Shown piece after piece: positions 12,667 to 25,995 of a stretch of 64,000 nucleotides of DNA. The translations under genes and the position numbers were made by a program. Source of the stretch: the human T2T-CHM13v2.0 reference genome, Homo sapiens; the NCBI RefSeq assembly GCF_009914755.1, contig NC_060940.1. One strand, written 5' to 3'. The stretch's first letter is position 1. Every line of letters begins with the position of its first letter. The notes beneath the pieces were generated by a model. The model searched no databases and had not been told where the DNA came from. It saw only the letters and a program-made list of their open reading frames with translations.

Positions 12667-13097
12667 TGTGAAAGGAATATATGCTGGGCCCCAGAATCAC
12701 TAAGTTAAAGGGAAAAGTCAACCTGGGAACTGCTTAGAGCAAACCTGCCTCCCATTCTATTCAAAGTTACCCCTCTGCTCACTGAGATAAATGGATATCT
12801 GATTGCCTCCTTTGGAGAGGCTCATCAGAAACTCAAAAGAATGCAACCATTTGTCTCTTATCTACCTATGACCTGGAAGCCACCTCCCCACTTTGAGTTG
12901 TCCTGTTTTTCATCTTACATATGTTGATTGATGTCTCATGTCTCCCTAAAATGTACAAAACCAAACTGTGCTCTGACCATCTTGGGCAAATGTTGTTAGG
13001 ACCTCCTGAGGCTGTGTCACGGGTGCGCATCCTCAACCTTGGCAAAATAAACTTTCTAAATTAACTGAGGCCTGTGTCAAATTTTCAAGGATGATCA
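12667..13097 (+). mobile_element. MER4A1-like ERV1 solo LTR
   Basis: Starts TGTGAAAGGAA; atcactaagttaaagggaaaagtcaacctgggaactgcttag and ggcaaaataaactttctaaattaactgag match recalled MER4A1. Confidence 0.88.
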
Positions 13098-13852
13098 TGC
13101 CTACCGGAGAAAAAATGATCAGATACTGTGGTCAGTGTATTCTCAGATACACACACTCAACACATTCCCTTTTATCTGAAGCTCAAACCCTTTCACGAAT
13201 GTTCTTCAGTTCTTTCCTTGTTCCATCTTTTCTCTCCTGGCCTCGACAATGTTTAAACTCTAAAATCTCTTTCTTTGTATCATTTCTAAGTTTCTACATA
13301 TCTTGGAGACTGAGATGTCATGTTCTTGCTGACTAAGTCATGTTTGTCTAATTCTACTGATTGAATACGTTCTGTTTTTACTAACAAAATATAACAGAGA
13401 TATCCCCAATATGCATGCCCTCATTACAGGATACTTTTTTCCATTGCAGGATACTTTTTTCCATGGTTATTATTTATCCAGTATTTTCTCTTCATTTTAA
13501 TCCATGTCTCTTCCTATAGTGCTTCGTCACTGAAAAGCATTAGGTGTCCACAATGCTCCCCTGAAATGTGGGTAGGGGTTCTCTCTTGACTCACGCACAT
13601 TAATCTCTCCACATAAGTGAGTGACTCATGTTGGAATCGATACCACCTTAGAATTAACATTGCCTATCCTCCTTATGCATTTTGTTTGTTTTTCTAAACT
13701 TCTGCTTTTCTTGATATCTGCCAATATCCCCCACACCTCTATAACTTTGTTAGGATTTAGTAATCACTTATTTATTCAGCAAACATTTGTTGTGTGCTTT
13801 CTGTGTGTCCAAGACAGCTCTAGGCACTGGAGATACAGCAGAAAGCACACCA

Positions 13853-13854
<2 letters not shown>

Positions 13855-13890
<36 letters not shown>

Positions 13891-13908
13891 ACGTCCGTGT
13901 GTGTGTGC
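13855..13908. repeat. (GT)n microsatellite
   Basis: Direct observation. Confidence 0.95.
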
Positions 13909-13928
13909 ATAAGATACAGCTTATACAA

Positions 13929-14560
<632 letters not shown>

Positions 14561-14921
14561 TACACACATACATACTAATATATATATATATTTTTTTTCT
14601 ATAAAATCTGGATAATAAAAAGTACTTCCCAGGTGTAACTGACATATTTTATCACCTTCTAAGACCTAGTTGGCCTCACCTATCTCCAGGGATGTTGGCC
14701 ATTTGGCCTGGGACAGCCATGGTTGAGGGCCTTAGCTCTGGTAGACTGGCTCCTGAGTTTGCAACAATCCAGTGCCTCACCTTATGGTTCCCCTTTGAGC
14801 CTCCTACCTCCTGCCCTCAGTTTCTGTCCTCACATCCTTTCAGGCTTAGGTACAGCAGGAAGGAGAAAGTTGGCTTCTCTTACAGCTCAAACAAGTACTA
14901 GGACTGAATCTTATTGACTAC

Positions 14922-15507
14922 TGTCATGGCTAATTTGATGTCAGCTTGGCAGGGCAATGGTGCACATTTGTTTGGTCCAACACCAGTCTAGATGTTGCTG
15001 TGAAGGTATTTTTAAAGATGTGATTAACTTTGAAATCAGTAGATTTTGAATAGAGCAGCTGACCCTTTATAATATGAGTGGGCCTCATCCAATCAGTTGG
15101 TGGCCTTAAGAGTGAAGAAGGAGAGTTCTTGAAGAAGAAGAAAGAGGAGGAGGAGAAGCAGGAGAAGGAGGAGAAGGAGAAGGAGGAGAAGAAGGAGGAG
15201 GAGAAGAAGGAGAAGGAGAAGGAGATGAAGACGAAGGAGAAGAAGAAGAAATTTTACTTGAAGACTGCAACATAGAAACCCTGTCTGAGTTTCCAGCTTT
15301 CTACCTGGCCCTGCGGATTTTGGACTCAACGATTGCAAATCAAATCTTACCTGATTCTCCAGACTGTTAGTTTACCACATGGATTTTGGACTTACTAGCC
15401 CCCATATCATGTGAGCCAAAGTCTTAAATCTCTCTGTGTCTCTACACACACACACACACGCACACACCCTACTGGTTCTGTTTTTATGGAAAACCTTGTC
15501 TCTTACA
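14922..15507 (+). mobile_element. MLT2 (ERVL) solo LTR with internal GAG/GAA expansion
   Basis: caacaccagtctagatgttgctgtgaaggtattt...gtgggcctcatccaatcagttg...ctactggttctgttt; TG...CA termini. Confidence 0.85.
15113..15250. repeat. (GAG/GAA/AAG)n polypurine triplet repeat
   Basis: Direct observation; explains the poly-E/K and poly-L ORFs. Confidence 0.95.
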
Positions 15508-15749
15508 GCTGTGATTGACCTGACTAATGCAGTCCTTCCCTCTGTAAGAATGCAACACAGGGGTTGGCCTAGGCTAAACATATAAGTGCACTCCTGGGAC
15601 TGTGGGTGGAGTTGGATCCACCCAAATCACCATGCTACTGAGGATGGGAGAAAGGTGGGTCACCAAACCAAAATCAGGGTGTTACAGGGAGTAAGATCAA
15701 TGGAGGCTGGAAGAAAACAAAGCTAAACAGCGAATGGAAGTCCATCACT

Positions 15750-16050
15750 GTAGCTATCATTATATCTTTTTACAAATGTGTTAACAGGCTCAGAGAGGTC
15801 AAGTGGCTTGGCCAAGTCACACAGGAAGTTGGTGGCTGAGTAGGATCCAAGGCTATGTAAGTCTGATCTTGAAGCCCATATTCTTTCCTTTGTACCAATC
15901 ATTTCATTCGTTTGCTCATTTATTCATTTAATCAACCAACCAATTAGCATTAAACTAACATTTACTACTTGTCCACTTCATGCTTGGAGTGTGTCAGACC
16001 CTGAGGAGTCTAAACCGTCTAACCTCAAAAGTGTCCCTTGTAGGAGAAAA
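15750..16050 (-). mobile_element. MIR followed by L2 3' end
   Basis: aggctcagagaggtcaagtggcttggccaagtcacacag (MIR); tcattcgtttgctcatttattcatt (L2 tail). Confidence 0.65.
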
Positions 16051-16744
16051 CATTTCCTGTGCTAAAGACCACTTTTCAGATATTCTGAACAAAATCTACT
16101 TTTCTTGAGCTTCTCAGAGCAGGCACACTTAAATCCTGATTGGTCTTCAGAGATGAATACAAATTCTTTTTTCCACCAAGCTCACTTGTTTTTAATTCAC
16201 TCCATAAAGCCAGGCAGAGAAACAGGAAGGTAAAAACAATAATAACAACAACACCCACTGCTGTTTACAAGAGGGAAACATTCCTGATGGATGAGAGGAA
16301 GATGTACGGCGCCTCTGTGCCAGAGCTGGCTTGGCATCTTGGCACGCTGCGGATTTATGGCACTGGCATTGTCAAAGGAGGAGTCCATTTCCACTGATTT
16401 CATTCCGAGGTCCCCAGGTTGGTTATTGCTCCATTTCTTCGTAACGTGAGTGATGAGAGTGTCCTAGGAGGCAAGCGGGCGCACAAGTGTGAACAGTTGT
16501 TTCATGGATTTATTGTTTATTCTCCACTTGATTCACTTCCCTGGCTGCCCCTGTGAATGAGTTCCTCAGTGAGAGCAATTCCTGGGCTTGTAGCTTCTAG
16601 GATGCACCGTGTTCAATCCTGCCTCTGGGCCCTGGCTCTTGCCTTTGCCTGACATGCCCTCTCTGTTATTTTAGGTCAGGCCAAGCCCCGACCTTTCCAT
16701 ATGGCCAAGCTATAATAATAATGGTCCCATTTGACATTTGCAGT

Positions 16745-17215
16745 AGATCACACTGGTTAGGAGCATGGTCTTTGGAGCTAAACTGCCTGGGTTCAAATCC
16801 CAGTTTAGCCTCCATAGCTTGACAATCTTGTGCCACTGACTGTCTGTCTCTCTCTGCATCGGTAAAGTTTGGGTGATCATAGGGGTCTCTTGTTGAGAAT
16901 AATTTGAGCTAATTCATGCAAGTCACAGAGTAAGCCCTAAATAAAGGATCATTATTATTTTTATTATTTAAGCCATCCCTAAAGAAGGAGGAGAAGCAAA
17001 GAATTGGCATAGTGGCTTGAAATCCTTGCTTTGTCACTAACTCTCATGACCTTAGGCAAATTATCAGTTTTTCTTGTGTATAAAGTGGGAGAAATAACAG
17101 TGCGTACCTCATCTGTTGTGTTGGTAAATTGGGGCGTTGCATGTAAACTGTTGACCACAGTCAGTCCCTGGAACTCAGTAAACTGCCTAATGGAAATAAT
17201 TGTTTTTAACTATTG
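16745..17215 (+). mobile_element. Two tandem MIR SINEs
   Basis: tggttaggagcatggtctttggagctaaactgcctgggttcaaatccc; second copy tgaccttaggcaaatta...tataaagtgggagaaataacag. Confidence 0.7.
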
Positions 17216-17989
17216 CTATGAAACTTAAGACATTTAACCACTAGGTTAAATGAGCATGATTTGTGTGATGTCATCCTAAACTGACTTCATTTTTGTCTGC
17301 TACTGTCTCTTTATATTTACTCAGTGGAGTTGGTCTGTTTTTGCTTTGGGTTGAAAATTCTGGAAGGCCCCACTGACTTACCGGTACCTATTCAGTAGTA
17401 GAAGGCTGGCCCCACACCCCCAGGAAGTTGCAAAACACAGTTGCACATTAATAATTAAAATATGGAAGCCTGTGCAATTACCAAGACTTTGGACTTGGTT
17501 TATTGGGCTTGCATGCAACATACAGGGCAGCTTGTTGTTATAAAAGGGAAGTGGTTGACTTCTCTCTGTCTTCTACCTCACCTACCTTCTGTCCTCTCCA
17601 GGATTGAAGCTGGGTCAAGAAGGAGAGGAAAGGAGGACATAAAAGTGTTTACTTGACTGGAACTGCCGTGAGCTGGTATCAGCGCTTTCTGGACTTGGCA
17701 GAGGTTTAAAGTAGGCTCTTTTGCTCATGACTGCTGATGGGTTTCTTTGGAGTTTCCCATACACACCAGCACCCTTAGTTGCTAGAGGTCCCTCATCAGC
17801 GGTTCTCTTGAGGGCAGTAATTGCACTTCTATTTCTGCATTGTACTTACTAGTTCTTCTTCAGCCCTTAGGAGAGGAGAATTTCATTTTCATCCTCTTTC
17901 TACCGAGGTTTCGATTCTCTTCAAAAGCATCCTCTTGGATAGAATCTCCTCTCTCACACACATAACTCACATCTAGACCATGGACACAT

Positions 17990-18175
17990 GAGCTTCTGCA
18001 CAAACTAATTTAATCCTCACCCCTCCTTATGTGATAGGAGCTGCCGTTACCTGCATTTGAAGGAGACACAACCTGAGACCTTGAATATCTATGTAACTTA
18101 CCCAAGACCCCACAGCTGGTATGTGATAAAGTTGGGATCTTCATCCCAGAGCCCAAGGTTTGGACCATCCACACT
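17990..18175 (-). mobile_element. MIR SINE
   Basis: atttaatcctcac...gtaacttacccaagaccccacagctgg. Confidence 0.6.
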
Positions 18176-18380
18176 CTACTGCCCAACTGAAAGTTTAGCA
18201 GTATTATTTCTTTTACTATCTGAGGAAAGATGTTTGAAGATGATGCACAGTTATCCTTCTTCTCTTTCGGGTGGTTGTGTGGGGCTGAAAGCTTCTAGTC
18301 ATCTTCATTGAGTGTTTCCTCCCTTCTTGCTTCTCCACTCCAAAAAACCTTACTGTACAGAAAAACAAAAACAAACTCAG

Positions 18381-18751
18381 TATATTAGTTTGTTTTCATA
18401 CTGCTAAAAAGAACTGCCCAAGACTGGGTAATTTATAAAGGAAAGAGATTTAATTGGCTTACAGTTCAGCATGGCTGGGGAGGCCTCGGGAAATTTACAA
18501 TCATGGCAGAAGGTGAAGGGGAAGCAAGACACCTTCTTCACAAGGCGGCAGGAAGGAGAAGTGTGTGAGAGCGCAGGAAAAACTATAATTTACAAAATCA
18601 TCCGATCTTGTGAGAATTCACTCATTATCACAAGAACAGCATGGGAAACCGCCCCCATAATCCAATCACTTCCCACCAGGTTCCTCCCTTAACACCTGGG
18701 GATTACAATTCAAGATGAGATTTGGGTGGGGACACAAAGCTAACCATGTCA
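18381..18751 (-). mobile_element. THE1D/MSTA-type MaLR solo LTR with perfect 5-bp TSD
   Basis: agactgggtaatttataaaggaaagag...gagatttgggtggggacaca; TSD CTCAG at 18376-18380 and 18752-18756. Confidence 0.92.
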
Positions 18752-20124
18752 CTCAGCCACCAAACGGAAGTACCTCCTGGCTCTTGCTCTTGCTAGTGTT
18801 GGTTTGTTTGACTTCATAGAACTTGGTCCTGTGGACTGTCTCCTTCCCCCAAGTTGTCTTTTTGCCTCTTGCTTTTTCTGTGTGTTTCACGACAGCTCTC
18901 TCTAGCTCATGCTTGCATTTTTTCCACCATTGGATTTTAGCCGTATGGTTCAGAATTCAATTTATAAGAAAAATACATTACACTTGATCAGGTTGCACTG
19001 GATACCCTCTGTATCTGTTTACCAATGTCTCTGGTGTCTCAGGATTATATTATAGCAAACCTGATTAAGGCAGTTCTAGATTAGTTAAAGTCAGATGCAC
19101 CTTACAGCTGCTTGGATAGCCCATTTCTCTTTAATAAAATATTGGATAATCTGAAGCAAGCAACTCAAATATCAGCTTATTTTATTAATTTCCTAACCTC
19201 TTTTAAAATTAATGAGATTTTATTAAATGTTATTAAATTCAAAGCTCCAAATAAGTTAAAATAAAATGGATTCATCTATGTTTGCAAACATGAGCGTATG
19301 AAATGCCCATCTTATTGGCTTAATAGTTTAAAAAATCCTTTTCATAGATTTTAGTTCTCTTGTGGTAATAGCTTGTCTGTTTCAGTGGTCTTGGGTCTCT
19401 TGTCAAAGGCTTTCATTGTAATCGGCATCTTCTTTCCCCACTTAACACAAAGAAAGTCTAATCCACCCTCATTTTGTTGCTTTCTTTGAAAAAAAGAAGA
19501 GGGTTGGGAGCCATGTAGCCAATCTGCCTGGCTCCAATTTATCACATCAGAGGAAGCTGTTCTTTTTTTTTCTTTTTATTTTGTGGATTGCAAATATGTC
19601 TGAAGATGTCATTGTCAGTGAAAGCAGTCTATTCAATTTTCCAATATGTTTCTTTTCACCAATCTAATTATCACTTTAACCATTGCTTTTATTTATAGAT
19701 TGGGACTCCTCCTCCAAGCCTTTGAATATTTTCCAGAATGGTTCCATTTTTAAATGTACTGCTGATTGCCCATATCTCTAGTTTTTGCAGTTAGAACCAC
19801 AGGGGTTTAACTTCCCTGCCCTCTGTTTTAACAGCCGCTGCATTGATGTCAGTTGTCATTGAAAATCACTTTTCTCCTTTCCACCAGAGTTGTGGTAATC
19901 AAGCCAATTCTAGTTTTTTTTTTTTTTCTGCCAGTGGCATAATGACAATTTCCTGCATTCCAGACTCTTGAGCTGCTTTGATACTTTAGCTACTCTTGGG
20001 GAGAAATCTGTTATATTGAAGGATAGGGCAAGGTAACAGCAAAAAGTATAATTAAGGTAGAATTTGTGCTTATTCAGCCGCTGAGGTTAATTTTTTTTAC
20101 ACTCAGAAAAAGATGTTTCTGAAC

Positions 20125-20230
20125 TTTTTTATTGTGGTAAAATATACAAAACATTAAATTTACCATTTAAATCATTTCTAAGGGCACAGTCACGATGCAA
20201 CCATCACCACTATGCTTTTCCAGAACTCTT
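20125..20230 (-). mobile_element. L1M 3' terminal fragment
   Basis: ttttattgtggtaaaatatac...tttaccattt...gcaaccatcaccacta...ttccagaac. Confidence 0.6.
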
Positions 20231-20293
20231 GGAGATTTTAGAGATTTCAAAATACTTGGGTAACCAAATTTCTTAAACGCTTTAAGTTATATA

Positions 20294-21760
20294 CAGGTAT
20301 ACTTTAATTTTTGTGCTTCACTGCAGTGCAATTTGCAGATACTGTGTTTTTGTTTGTTTGTTTGTTTACACATTGAGGGTTTCTGGCGACTGCATTAAGC
20401 AAGTCTATAAGTGCCATTTTTTCAACAGTGTGTGCTCACTTCACATCTGTGTGTCATATTTTGGTAATTCTTGCAATATTTGAAACTTTTTCATTATTCT
20501 TATATCTGTTATGATGATCTGTGATCAGTGATCTTTGATGTTACCATTGTAATTATTTTGGGGCATCATGAACCTTGGCCATATAAGACAGCAAAATTAA
20601 TCAATAAATTGGTGTGTCCTGACTGCTCTGCCGACTGGACATGCCCTTACCTCTCTCCCTCTACTTGGGACTTCCAATTCCCTGAGACACAACAATATTC
20701 AAATTAGACCAGTTCATAACCCTACAATGACCTCTAAGTGTTCAAGTGAAAGGAAGAATCTCATGTCTCTCACTTTAAATCAGAAGCTAGAAATGATGGA
20801 GCTCAGTGAGAAACGCATGTCTGCAGCTGAGATAAGCCAAAAGCTAGACCTCTTGCACCAAACAATTAACCAAGTTGTGAGTGCAAAAGGAAAGTTTTTG
20901 AAGGAAATTAAAAGTTCCACTCCAGTGAACAAATGAATGATAAGAAAGCAACACAGCTTTATTGCTGATATGGGGGAAGTTTTAGTGGTCTGGTTAGAAG
21001 ATCAAACCAGCTACAGAATTCTTTTAAGTCAAAGTCTAATCTAGAGTAAATCCCTAACTCTCTTCAGTTCTATGAAGGCTAAACGAGGTGAGAAAGCTGT
21101 AGAAGAAAATTTGGAATCTAGCATGGGTTGGTTCATGAGGTTTAAGGAAAGAAGCCATCTCCATAACATAAAAATGCGAGGTAAAGCAGCAAGTGCTGAT
21201 GTAGAAGCTGCAGCAAATTATCTAGAAGATCTAGATAAAGTAATTGATGAAGGTGGCTACACTAAACAACAGATTTTCAATGTAGATGAAATAGTCATTC
21301 TATTGGAAGAAGATGCCATCTAGAACTTTCAGGGCTAGAGAGGAGAAGTCAATGCCTGGCTTCAAAGCTTCAAATGACAGGCTAACTTTTGTTAGGAAGT
21401 AATGCAGCTGGTGACTTTAAGTTGAAGCTCATTCACCATTCTGAAAATCCTAGGGCCCTTAAGAATTATGCTAAAGTTACTCTGCCTGTGCTCTAGAAAT
21501 GGAACAACAAAGCCTCATTGACAGCATATCTGTTTACAGTGTGGTTTACTGAATATTATAAGCCCACTGTTAAGACCTACTGCTTTTTAAAAAAGATTCC
21601 TTTCAAAATATTGCTTCTCACAGTCAAGGCTCTTGGTCACCCAAGAGCACTGATAAAAATGTACAAGGAGATTAATGTTTTCATGTGTGTTAACACAATA
21701 TCCCTTTTGCAGCCCATGGATAGAGGAGTAATTTGGACTTCCAAGTCTTATTATTAAAAA
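20294..21760 (+). mobile_element. Tigger1 (TcMar-pogo) DNA transposon, 5' ~1.45 kb with disrupted transposase
   Basis: TA + CAGG 5' end; ORF relics [24 protein letters not shown] (20727), [47 protein letters not shown] match Tigger1 transposase; stops and frameshifts between them; 3' end missing. Confidence 0.95.
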
Positions 21761-22049
21761 GGTCACTCAGCTAGAGATGAGTGTAAGTAGAGTGTAAATA
21801 GTGCTAAGTAGAGTCAGGATTCAATTCGACTCCCTGACCTCGAAGCATGTGCCATTACCATTTTACCACACCATCTCTTGTTGTCTGTTAATTCAGGAAT
21901 TTCAATCATTCAGAAAGAATTTCATTCTAATTAGTCCAAGTAAATGATCTAGTAGTCATGGAGCTACAAAGGTAAATTGTGGCGAGTATTTCAATGGAGA
22001 GATAAGTGGTTTTATGTCAGAAGATTGGCATGATCTCAGCCATCCCTCA

Positions 22050-22670
22050 GCTTCTCTGTCTCAGCTTCCCTGAGGCAGTTAGATAATGAGTAGAGATTTG
22101 AAGGGTGAATAAGAGTTAAGCAGGTAAAGAGGAAGAGACTTCTGAGCAGAAGGAACACCATGAACCAAAGCTGTGATTAGAGGGACCTTACAGCTTCCAG
22201 TAACCCAAAAGTCCATTTGTGTAAAGCACAGAGAAGAAGAGGGGAAGTGAGTGACACAAGCCGGGAGAGGGGTGGTAATGGGCGGTGCAGGGCAGGCAGG
22301 CAAGGTGCCTTCAGTGAGAACAAACTGGACATGGCCCAGACTGGAAGGTAAAGAAAGCTGCCATATTTGAAGACATAATGGTGGCTTGGACAAGACTGGC
22401 AGTGGTGAAGATGGGGAGGTGTACATTGATAGAATTGCTCTTGAAGACGTAGAATCAACAGGTCTGTGAGAGAGATTGAATTTGGGTGGGGAAGTAGGGA
22501 GAATATGAATAATACTGTTTCCTGAATTCCGGGCTGAGCAGCGCAATGGAAAATTGGTGACATTGTGACACTCACTAAACCAGGGAAGATTGGAAAATGA
22601 CTAGGTCTGGGGGGAAATGAGGAAATGGGCATTATTGCGCAGGGTAGAAGACTGGGTTGATCTCCTAAAA
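22050..22670 (-). mobile_element. L2 fragment
   Basis: Antisense L2 pattern (gcagaaggaacaccatgaaccaaag...agaatcaacaggtctg). Confidence 0.7.
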
Positions 22671-22689
22671 ACCCTCCCAACTTTATAGG

Positions 22690-22945
22690 CAGTGAATGGT
22701 TGGGTGGTTAAGAACATAGTCCCTGTTATCAGATACCGACTGGAGTCCATGCTCTGAAACTGACAGCAGCTGACAGTCACTTCTGTGAGTCTCAATCTCC
22801 TCTTAGGATATTATCGATACCTGCCTTAAAGGGTTGAGAGGATTAAGCAAAAAATGGGCATGCAACATTTAGGCCAGTGTTCTGCAGATAGTAAGTACTC
22901 AATCAGGTTACCAAGATCATTATCATTATCACTATTGTTATTATT
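22690..22945 (+). mobile_element. MIR SINE
   Basis: gtggttaagaacatag...gaggattaag...atagtaagtactcaat. Confidence 0.65.
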
Positions 22946-24574
22946 CTAAAATGATTTGTAACTAAAATTCTAAGTGACCTCTGGATGACAGAGGAGATAA
23001 CTCTTTACCCTTTCACTATATCCCAATGAAATCTTCTTCTTGACTTAACAATGGACTCCCCTGAACAATGTGATCTTGTTCTCTGTAGAGAACATTTTAT
23101 TACAAGTAAATCAGACAAACAGTAGCCTTTGAATGCATGTTGTACAAGAACTATCGCACATAATTGGAAAGGTCACTAGTGACAGTTTTAAATTAATTTT
23201 TCCCTTTCTTTAATAGTTCAGATCAAATGCTTGATTATACTATTTTAAAAAAAACCCTATAATTTCAGAGTATGCTACTGCTTCAAGAGTGACAGCCACG
23301 TGACTGTGATTCCGGGAGGGGGATGCTGTCAGCAGCATGAATGGAAAAAATTACTTTTATGAACAGCAGATTCTCATGGGAGGACCCCCAGCTTCTGACA
23401 TGTATCAAGAAGTAGCTGCCAAATTATTCTCTTCTCCATACTTGCTAAATTAAAAGCAATTCAAATATTGCTGGTCGAGGTTGAAACTTCGAGGCTGTTA
23501 AAAATATCATATAAAATGTGAGTGTATCTATTGGAAAAGGGTAATTTTCCTTCTAGAGATTGCTTAGGTAAAGCCATCTGATTTTCAGAATATATAATAT
23601 AGTTTCACTAAATAAATATATGCCAAGGCTTCTGTGCCTGATCTCTGTTTGAAAGAAAAATGTTTTATAAGAAGAAAAATGCTGGTTATTTGGGGAATGG
23701 ATGTTAGCAACAGTGTAAGTATTGCCCATATGTTAGGTGGGAAATACGAGAATGTATGCTCAAAATCAGAGCTGAGGAAGTGTTCACACTGTATTCATCT
23801 TGCAGATGTGTTTGACCAGCATGGGGATTAAAAGAACATACAGTTGAGTGGAGCTGCCCACCTTGGACTGGGCTTGTGCTGGCTTTCTTGTATACACTCT
23901 TGCCTTACAACTGGCCCATTACAACATACCTGCCTGACCCTTGTAGGGATTTGAGTTTGTAACCTCTCCCTAAATCTGTTCTTCTAAAATAGGGATATGC
24001 TGCTGCCAGGAGCACCATAAATGGTAGGATGCAGATGGTCTGGGTCACCTGCCACCTGCACACTTAGGTCCTGCCTAAGAGTAAATCAAAAATAGAGGAA
24101 GCCAGGCCTGAAGGCTCACACCTTTGTGGGGCTGAGGTGGAAGTATCGCTTGAGCTCAGGGGCTCCTTGGACTCTCGATTTTATGTGACAATTTGAAGGA
24201 AATAGTTACATTAAGAGAAACAAAATATTATGGAATAGGTTAGAAAATTCATATGATTTTCTGTTTTTTAAGATGCAATGTAAGACTTGAAAGAAATGTC
24301 AAGGTTGCTGGTGGAGGAACGTAACCCCTGAGTGTGTTGCTTGTTATTTTAGGCCATAATGCATGCTTAGTTGGCAAAGTTTGGAATGCATTGTGTACGT
24401 CATAGAATGTTAAAGCTGGAAGTGGCCTTGGACATTTGAACAGTCAGGGCTGTTAGTTACAAGTGACAAAATCCCAACTTACCACCTCAAGCAAAAGTGA
24501 GAATTTATTGGCTTGCAAAGTTGAAAAGTCCAAGAGTGTATGTGATTATATTCAGGTTCTCACAAAAGATGCCA

Positions 24575-24873
<299 letters not shown>

Positions 24874-24903
24874 ATGCCATTACAATTCAGTAAGTCTCTG
24901 TGA

Positions 24904-25285
<382 letters not shown>

Positions 25286-25674
25286 TTCCTCTATTTTTGC
25301 TTGATTCTTAGGCAGGACTTGTCAGTGTGATAGCAATGCCAAGATTATGTTTACAGGTGGGTTATCAATGTCGATGGTGAACTTTCTTGTTCTTTTCAGA
25401 TAATTACATCCAAAAGCTGCCCTAAAATCAAGTCTCATTGGCCCAATTTGGGTTATATGTGCATTTCTTTATCAATCCATGGTGGGGCCAGGAGATAGAA
25501 TGCTCTGATTGATCAGGCCTGGGTCATGTGGGGTTGGAAGTCAATTTTACCTCAGCTTCCTCGTCTGTGAGTGGATGATGTGTGTTTGCCCCCAGAAGAA
25601 GATGAAATGAGAGCCATAAAGGATGTTATTTAGTCTCAATTCCTCATTTTACTGATAGAAGGTTCCAGGTCCAT

Positions 25675-25995
25675 CACCTTCTCCTCCTCCTCCAACTGGT
25701 CTTCTTCTTCCTCCTTCTTGTCCTCTTCTTCCTCCATCTCCTCTTCTTTCTTTCTTTCTTTCTCCTCCTCCTCCATTTTCTCCTCCCTCTCCTTCCTTCT
25801 TTCCTTTCTCTCTCTCTCTTTCTCTTTCTTTCTTTCTCTTTCTTTGTTTTTTCCTTCCTTCCTTCCTTCCTTCCTTCCTTCCTTCCTTCCTTCCTTCCTT
25901 CCTTCCTTCCTTCTTTCTTTCTTTCTTTCTCTTTCCTTCTTTCTTTCTTTCTCTCTCTTTCTTTCCTCCCCCTCCTCCTCTTTTTTTCTTCTTTT
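25675..25995. repeat. Compound polypyrimidine microsatellite (CCT/CTT/CCTT/CTTT)n
   Basis: Direct observation, ~320 bp almost entirely C/T. Confidence 0.95.

Noticed and set aside
15078-15338. Glu/Lys-rich and poly-Leu ORFs
   Set aside because: Translation of a GAG/GAA microsatellite inside an MLT2 LTR.
20727-21757. Possible TIGD1-like domesticated transposase gene
   Set aside because: Stops and frameshifts break it into fragments and the C-terminus is missing.
22079-22680. The longest ORFs in the window (155 and 167 aa)
   Set aside because: They lie within an L2 relic, with no recognisable cellular homology or splice context.
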